Below, piece by piece: positions 48,001-57,200 of a stretch of 64,000 nucleotides of DNA; the first letter of the stretch is position 1, and each line of letters begins with the position of its first letter. The notes under the pieces were generated by a model that was not told where the DNA came from, did not search any database, and saw nothing but the letters and a program-made list of their open reading frames with translations. The position numbers and the translations under genes were made by a program. This DNA is from Podarcis gaigeae (lineage: Eukaryota), in NCBI GenBank assembly GCA_964106915.2, contig OZ066915.1; one strand, written 5' to 3'.

Positions 48001-51000
48001 ACACAAACAAATATTTATATGCCTGGTACAACTCCTTACTGTGGTCGGCTCTTGTACAAGTCCCCGTCCACAGCCACAATGATTTTCAGGTGTGGCAGCC
48101 CTTGACTGATCCGGATATGAGTAAGAACGCCAGCCAGTCCAGCAGCACAGAGCTTGGCAGAACGGACATAGACCGCTTGGCATATTTGCTGCACGTTGAA
48201 ACAGTCTTGGTTGCTTGCCACCATTCCCAGGCGGACAAGGAAGTTCTTGGTATTGGCCAGGCCAACTTTTTCACTGCAGTTAAAGCATACATGAGTTAAA
48301 GCAGGGTGGCAGCAGCAAGAGGCATGAGGGAGACTCTGGTTAACTGTTAATTGATCTCAGCAAAGAATAATATTGATTCCAAATTGAAATCACTGAACTC
48401 TCCATCTATAATGAACTAGCACGTGTGTGTGTGTTTAGTTTTGTTTCTACCCATGCTGACTTTTTAGAGACGGACACAAGAACTGTAACAAGATAAATAT
48501 TTCAGAAAGTGGACATTGTTAACATCTCGTTGATATTTAAGGTTTTGTTTTTAACATCTCATTGATATTTAAGGTTTTGTTTTTAACGTCTGTTACTTGA
48601 TTATGCTTTGTTTTATTTTCTTCTTTTATCTGCACTGCTGTACAGGCCCTTCTTACAGCCAAAAAGCATTATAAAAATTGTTTACAAATAAAATAATACC
48701 ACAAGGGCCATAGCTCAGTAGTATAGCCCTTGTTTTATATGCAGAAGGGGGCAGGCAGCATGGGAATGCATCTGTTGGTGCTGAATAACCCAGAGTATTA
48801 AATGATTGTACTGGGGGAACAAACAGTGACATGTCACATTTACCAGTTCTGATTCTTAGCCTTGTGACACCTTTGCTATTCCCTCTTCCTACCTGATGAG
48901 AGATATACTTAATGAATGGCCCACTATAGACACTTTTCTTTAAAGCCTTCTTCTTTTAAGACATCTCACTTGAACAAATATCTCTGGCAGTGTATCTCTG
49001 GGTCATCCTATGGTGTATTTAAATGTGCAAGTTGATTCAATCATTCATTCATTCACCTGCTTCAGTGTTGTTGTTTTTTATGGGCTACAGATGTAATTAT
49101 TTATGTGGGTCCATTCCTCTTGGCTATTTTTCTAGGGCTAGGCTAACAAGGCATGCCAAGACACACTCTGCTGCTACTGAGGATATCAGGTTGACCAGGT
49201 CTCCCAAGACGCGTTTGAGGAACTCACTTACTCTATGATGTCCACAACATCTTGGAGCTCCATTTTTCCCTTGGTAAGCAGGGTGGGAGTCAGGACACCA
49301 CTGAAGATATCACCTTTCTCAGCCAAAGTAGCCAAAGTAACACGGATAGTATCACACAGATATATGCTACTGACCAACTTCTCAAACCTGCCAGTGAGAA
49401 GAAAGAAGAAAATCAGTGCAGAAAGAGAAGAAATTGAAGTGAAAGGGTGGTTGGCAGATTACTGGTCAAGTCACCCTGTCTATAGGAGAAGTCTTGGCCA
49501 TTTCTTACAACATTTGCTGCTAAGACAGACAATATCATAGGTTGCTTGTTTGTAGACCACCTGTTCTATAGGGTATTCATGCTGACTGCACAAAGTTCAC
49601 ATAAGGTTACACAATGTCAGCATTCATTCAGGACTTATACAGGAATGACCATTCCCAGTGGCTTCATGTCACCCTAATCTCTGAGCAGAGCACGATTCCA
49701 AAGGTACCAAGTTTGCTGATCAGGGTCTGCGTTTCCTTTCAGACAACAAGGCACAGCAGAGATGGGGTTTTCTTTATGATATATGGCTTGCTTACACATA
49801 TATGCAACCTGAACCTGGGATGGAAGGGCTTCGAGCATTACTCTCCAAGCGGGTTCTATTTCTTCCACAGCTGCCACCTTAGATTCAATCTGTCAACCCA
49901 CATTGCTCTGACTCCCCACCTTCTCCAGCTTGCAAACACAACCATTTTTCCTCCAGCCTACACCACGCAAACTGCAATCCTCCAACAACTGCTTGCCTTC
50001 CTTGACTTTGTATTTCTAACTAATTCTGAGTTGAGAGGGAGGGGGCTTCACCCATTTCCCAGCTGGCACAGTCTTAGCTTTGCTGATTGATTTCTTAACG
50101 GGTCACCCTTCACCTTTTGCTCTTTCAAAGGCCCATCTCTCCAGTGGTGTCCAAAATTTTTCAAAGAGGGCCAGATTTGATGAAGTGAAGGGCCATGGGT
50201 GCCGACCAAAGGGCCAACCAAAGTTGTTGACCTTTTTAAAGGTATAAACTGCCACAGCAGGCCAGATTACGCCCACCAAAATGGACTTTGGACATGCCTG
50301 CTCCAGACAATTACTTCATCAGGAAGCTAGCCTGGCGTATATTTTAACATGCTAAATTCAGCGCCTGACACCCAGGAATTAGAAGGGGAGTCTAGGCACC
50401 CCACAAATGTATGACAATGTTAAATAGCATTGGGGATATAACTGTGTCCTGAAGCACCCCATGGTGTAACCACCAGGGGGCTGAAAAGCACTCTCCCAGT
50501 GCTCCTCTCTGGACCCAGTACTGTAAATAGAACTGGAACCAAGGTAGCACAGGGTTCCAATTCCCATTCCATGGAGTCAGTGGTCAATGGTATCGAAAGC
50601 CACAGTCAGATTGAGATGCAGGAGCGAGGTGACCCTCCCCTTGTCCTGCTCTTTGTGAAGGTCATCCATCAGGTGACTGAACAAAGATGGGTACTGAACA
50701 ATTGCAAACACAAATTTGGAGTTTGATTATGCAGAAAATGTGTTTTTGGACACGGAGCACGGCTAACCTTGATTATTCCAGTGAATCCCGGGCACCAGTA
50801 ACCAATGACTCATTTTTTAAACAGATTGTTACTTCCTTTACTGTGACTCACTTGTTTTTGCCTCGGTCCATGGACTGCTTATCCATTTGCAGGTCAAACT
50901 CTGTCATTATGTCATTCAACTCGCCCAGCTTCCCAAAAGAGCTCCATTCGGTGTTGATACACATGCATCCAGCACCATGCTCCAAGCCTGCTATATGCTG

Positions 51001-54000
51001 CAACTCCTCCACATAACCGCAGTTAGTGCCAGCATCTACCATATGCAGGAAGGCAGGACACAGGGAGAGAAGCTCAAAACAGGAGAAACAGCATTTTAAT
51101 AAAGCCTCCGGCCGCACGGCAATGAGAAAGTGCAACTGTCCTGTAACTGTCCATCTATATGCCAGTATCCTAACTCTCACAATAGTTAGGGCCTGCCATT
51201 TTGATGAAATGCAACATCTTCCTAGAATGTGTGCTTAGAATCCAGCTCCCTAATTCTTAATCACCAGGGAATTGGTTTCTAGCCCTGTGATGTGGCTACA
51301 TACTATGCTGAGATTCTTCCAATCTAGGAAGAATAGCCAGTTTCTTGGCACCCCTGCCCCCCACATCTACTATAAGGCATACGCAAGCCTTCCAGCTCAA
51401 CAGCTTGCTAGCAAGTCGCCAGCACCATGCAAGGTTTTGCTTACCTATCACCAGCCCAACCTCACATGGCTCTTTCTCAGAATGGCAGCTCAACAAGGTT
51501 CCCACAGAGTCGTTTATTACAGCAATGACCTCAATCTGGTAGTTCTGGAGAGAAAAAGATTAAAGCGACTGTCTCATTTTCTCACCAGAAGCACACACAC
51601 ACCCTGCCGCCATGCATGCTTCAGTCACAGCTGACGCAGGCGCTGTCCTCACCTTGCAAGTCTGGTTAAGAGCTGTTTGGATCAGTTGTGCCACATCATG
51701 CCCCTCCACACCTGGCCACCGGCAATCCTTGCTCCATCTGATCAGCTTACACTAAGGGGAAACCAAGCAGGAAGGCCACTGAGAAACTTCAACAAACCAC
51801 TGAGAAACCCAGCCCTGCTTCCTACAAGCAAAGTATTCAAGCAAGAGGACCAATGGGGTTATTCATGAAAACATGTCCTGTGATCTTTGAAAAGTAGAAG
51901 AATCCAAATCTGAGAATGACTTTGACAATTCATTTACTCTATATATTCATTCAGTAACAAGCTCTATATTGGTTTAATCAGCTGCTACCAGTTTTGTATT
52001 TGGATAATGGGTTTGTGTATTTTCTAAAGAGCTGTGTTATGTTTTATTCTTTTTATGTGGGCTGCCTTGGGAGGATTTTCCCTCCAAGGCAGCGTGCAAG
52101 TTCTGAAATAAATGAATAAAACAAATAGTGCAAAATCAGTATGCTGATGACACCCAGCTCTATCTCTCTGTTCCATTTGAATTTGGAGAAGCAGGACAGG
52201 TGCTGGGCCAGTTTGGAGTTGGCAGCGAACTGGATGTGGGCCAATAAATTGAAAATGAATCCAGACAAGACCAAGGTGCTGTTTCTTCCAGGTTATTGAG
52301 ATCTGGATGTGGGAACACAGCCTTTTCTGGATGGGGATGCACTCTCTCTAAAGGAGCTGGTACTTTGCTTGGAGGTGCTCCTGGACTCAGCACCACCAAA
52401 GGAGGACCAGGTGGCTTCAGTGGCAAGAAGCACCTATTTTCAGCTCTGGCTTGTTTGCCAGCTAGTCTTTCCTGGACAAGGAAAATGTGGCCACAGTTAC
52501 GTGTGTTCCGGTAATTTCCACCCACCCAGGTGGACTACTGCGATGTACTGTGCATGTGGCTTCCCCTGAAGGTGGCCCAGAAGCTGAAACTGCTGGAGAA
52601 TGTGGCAGCTTTGCTACTGACAGGTATCACTGGCCAGATGCACATTTTATCTGTTTTGAAAGATCTGCAGTGATAGCCAGTTTGCTTACAGGCTCAATTC
52701 AATGTGCTTCTGTTAACACAGAAAACCCTAAATTACTTGGGTCCCAGATATCTGATGGAGTGCTTCTTCCAATGTCAATTTGCATGAGCATTAATATTTG
52801 CAGGGGAGACTCTAGTCATGTTGCTGTTATGGAATGTGGTTTGAGAATAAGTGGTGAGCAGAAGGACCTTTTCAGTGGCAGCCCCTAGGCTTTAAGAATG
52901 TGCACCCTTCAGAGGTGCATATTGCCCAGATACTGTACAACAGCAGTGAGGAACTCAATCTGGCCCATGAGTCAATTTTCCCCAAACCCAGTGCCAGAAT
53001 TAAGTATAAATTAAATAAGCTATAGCTTAGGGCCCAATGGGACGCAGGTGGCGCTGTGGGTTAAAGCCTCAGCACCTAGGACTTGCCGATTGAAAGGTCG
53101 GCGGTTCGAATCCCTGCGGCGGGGTGCGCTCCCGCTGCTCGGTCCCAGCGCCTGCCAACCTAGCAGTTCAAAAGCACCTCCGGGTGCAAGTAGATAAATA
53201 GGGACCGCTTACCAGCGGGAAGGTAAGCGGCGTTTCCGTGTGCAGCTCTGGCTCGCCAGATGCAGCTTTGTCACGCTGGCCACGTGACCAGGAAGTGTCT
53301 GCGGACAGCACTGGCCCCTGGCCTCTTAAGTGAGATGGGTGCACAACCCCAGAGTCTGTCAAGACTGGCCCGTACGGGCAGGGGTACCTTTACCTTTACC
53401 TTTAGGGCCCCCAAAAAAATTAAAGGGGAAAAAACATATACATTTCCAAAATATGAGATAAAAAACAAATAAAATAAAAGCTACATACAGGAACAGTATT
53501 TTGACTCCTATCATGTAAGTAATGGACCCCGCCTGCTAGCCTGCTCCCTAAAGTATCACATATAAAGGGCCCCATTACCTTCAGTAGCTTAGGGCCACAT
53601 CAAACCTAAATCCGGCCCTGCCCAAACCACGCCCATATGCTGCACCCTTGACATCATGTTATGTCAGGTGTGGGGCACATAAAGACATGACTGCAAAGGG
53701 GAAATGGGGAGTCTTAAAGTGCACTCCTGACCATTCCTTGGCAAACAAAGCTTGTTCTCAATGCCGGCCAGCCGAGTGAAGTGAGTCAGGGAAGTGGGTA
53801 CAAGATCATAGCTTTAAAGTTCCGTTTATATTTCCTTCCTATCTCCAGTCTCCCGTACTGTCTGCTGCTGGGCCAACAAAGTATTCACCTGGTTCAGCGC
53901 GACATGTTCACAAGGAAAGGGAAAGCAGAAGCACAGCGGCAATTTTTTGGTGTTGAGGCCAAGTCCATCCAAAAACGTGGCCACACATTTTGCAAGGAAT

Positions 54001-54176
54001 TCAAAAAGCTGGAAAAGAAAGCACGGTATTATGAGTACATTCCACTCGCCTCAGGGCACGATGCCAACAAATGACGACAGCAAATATTTGCTAGCAGTGT
54101 AGAACCTGAAATTTCACCAGTAGTGTGATCTCACCAAATCACCCAGTAGGGTTTTTTTATCAACCTCTTACCAATA

Positions 54177-54216
<40 letters not shown>

Positions 54217-57200
54217 TAAAAAACAAATGTACACAAGATAGAAACAAATATTTTTTAAAGGGAATGGCTCTGACGATGCTTAAGCAGTATAAGTGTAACC
54301 AGCATCAAGACAGGTTCTGCTAGATACACCCAGAATCTGACTCAGTATAATGCAGGTTCCAATGTACGTGGCAAAATCTGTCTTTTTCCTATGGGGACAA
54401 ATATCTGTTTTGGGTAGGGAATTTAATTCAGAAAAAATATATTTGCGGGGAGAAGGGTTAATCTGCCCATTACCCAGTATTACAGTCACAATATGATGGG
54501 GGGGGGGGGCAGCTTGTAGCTACTTTCCGCATTTGAATGCAGGAGATACTGTTAACTGCCAAGGTTAGGGAAATTGTAGGGGAAATTAATAAGGTAAAGG
54601 ATCTAGAGCAGGAAGAATAAGAAAGAGCAGGAGGAAAAATAGAGGAGAGGAACCAGAATACATGTTAGCCCCTCACTGTATTTGGTGGGGCTGATTCCTG
54701 TGTGTGTGTAAGATGGCAGCTGAAGGGCCCCAGGATGAGTAAGTCAATTTTAAGGAGCCAAACAGCTGATAGGCTACAGGGAGGAAAGGTGCTCTCAGGG
54801 CACTGGGCAGAGAAAAGTGCCAGAAGAGTAAAATGATCAAGGAGGGGCAGGGTGAGATGAAAGAGCAGCTAAGTGGGAGAATGAGAAAGAAAACATCTGA
54901 AAATCAATACAATAATTTTAAATTCAAGACAAACGAAGAAGCTTGTGAAGAGAGCAGAAGGTGCATTCATGATTATTTGTGCTCATGATGGTAACTGGTT
55001 GGATATACTGCTTCATTTCCAGTCAGTGCATGTCCCATAGCTTTCCATTGTCATCCTGTAATTCGTCATATCACAAATGTTTCAGTTTTGGTTTGTCTTG
55101 CTTTTGTTATGTTATAGCTCAAGAAAGTGCCCTCCCAGGTGGCAATGATGCAGTAACAGTGCAGAAGCACCGCAGAGCAACTAGCAAAGGGGTATGGTGT
55201 GCAGACTGTCCAGTTTCAATCCAGCACTAATGCATTGCTATTCCATCAAAGACATACTGCAGAAGACATCAGCAACCCAACCCAACCCATAATAACAAGC
55301 AAAATGAATTAAGTAAGCTGAAGAACTCAAGACAGAGGAATGATACCTGCTCCCCACTGCTGTTGACAATATTCTCAGTAATGGGAAAGTCCTTTTTCTT
55401 CATCACCAGAGGCTCATCCTTGCGATCTGATAGTTGCAAGAGCATGATCTTCACTTGATCCTTCTTCATTTCTAAACCCAAAAAATCCCCCGTCTCTGAA
55501 AAATAGATGTGAACATTAGGATATATAGTGATCAAGACTGCCCATGTCTCATTCATATGGTTGCCATATAAATTCTTTTTAAATTGCTATGAGGGGGGGA
55601 GAGCTGGAACTGAGGTCGGGGGGGTGTCTGTCACCAGGACTGTTTGTTTGTTTGTTTAGCCCAGCTTTGCTGCTAATCAATGGACAATCTTAAATTAGAA
55701 TGTGAATTATTATATAGTCAATAAACACTGATAGATTATTTTCCATGAGGGAGAGGAAGCAACTGTCCAGGGTTTCAGTGGCACACAATAACAAATACAA
55801 AATGCAGTAGGCCAATCATCACTTAGGTTCATGATCATCATATGTGACTAGGTGCTGAACGGTGATAGTAATTCAGAGACACCAGGCTCCATGCATAGGT
55901 TTAGAAACTAAAACCAGCTCAGTTGGTTAGAGTGCGGTGTTACTGGTGCTAATAATACCAAGGTTGCAGGTTCGATCCCTGTATGGGACAGCTGCACATT
56001 CCTGCATTGCAGGGGGTTGGACTAGATGAATCTCAGGGTCCCTTCCAACTCTGCAGTTCAATGATTCTATAATTCTGTTGAATTATGATTCTATAATTCT
56101 TGGTTAGTCTGTGGAAGTGATTTCAACCTAGCTGTTTCTGCTGTTGATGCAAAGGCAGGAGCTGTCACTGCATAACACATTATTATTACGATTATTATTA
56201 CTATTTATATCTCACCTTTCCTCCCAAAGAGCTAGTAGTAGCACTGTACTTTAGAGGGTATCTATGTGTTTTTAAGGATTCTACTGAGCTTCTACTACAA
56301 CACAGTTCTGCCCCTGAACAAGAAGGGTCATAGCTTAGTGGGAAAGCACCTGTGTTGCATGCAGGGGGTCTCAGGTTCAATTCCCGGTATTTGCAGGTAG
56401 GGTTGGGAGAGTAGGTTCCTTGTCTGAAGCCCTGGACAGCTGCTGCCAGAAAATGTAGACAATACTGAGCTAGATGGACCAATGGGTCTGACTCAATGGT
56501 CCAAGAAATGTACAAAGGTGGCAGGTGCTGCTTGGCAATCTGTGCTCAACAAGACCGCAGTTGCATGTGTTAGCCTACCAAGCCTCACAACCCTAAGCAG
56601 AACCCAAGCCCTTCATCCTCACTCAGATGACTGCCTGATGTATCATTCTGCAGGCCACCTCTCAGCCAACACCAGCATTGTTACCACCAAGCTAGACAGG
56701 AAAACGGTGGACAGATGCAGATTACCAGATTCTGGGTCATTCTTGCACATGCTAGACAAACCAGGAAATCGCTCCTTCGCAAGGCTCTGTGCATGATATA
56801 ATAGCATTTCATCTTTCTCTTTGTCCCCCCCCCTCCCAAATATGTGCATCCCTGTGTACGCTCAGAGATTCACAAGCCAGTACTTGGAAGTTTTGAAGCC
56901 AAATGTGGCAATCGGGAAGCCAGGATGTTGTGGAAAATAATGTGGAGCAGGAACAAAAGTGTGGAAAGGAATGGTATTCAAAGTACAGCTACATGGGCTG
57001 TTTAAAAAATTGGCAACCCAGTGCAAGGTGTAAAGGAGTCTGGAGTCAGCCACTTGTTTTCAACTGGTGGGTCAACTCAGGACCCACTCAGAATCCCTAA
57101 TCCAAGGTGGACCACAACAGGAGCACTATCACCAGTGGGTGATATATTGGGCGGAAATTAAGAAATGGGCTCCTCAAATGCATGCTTGGGTTAAAAGTAA

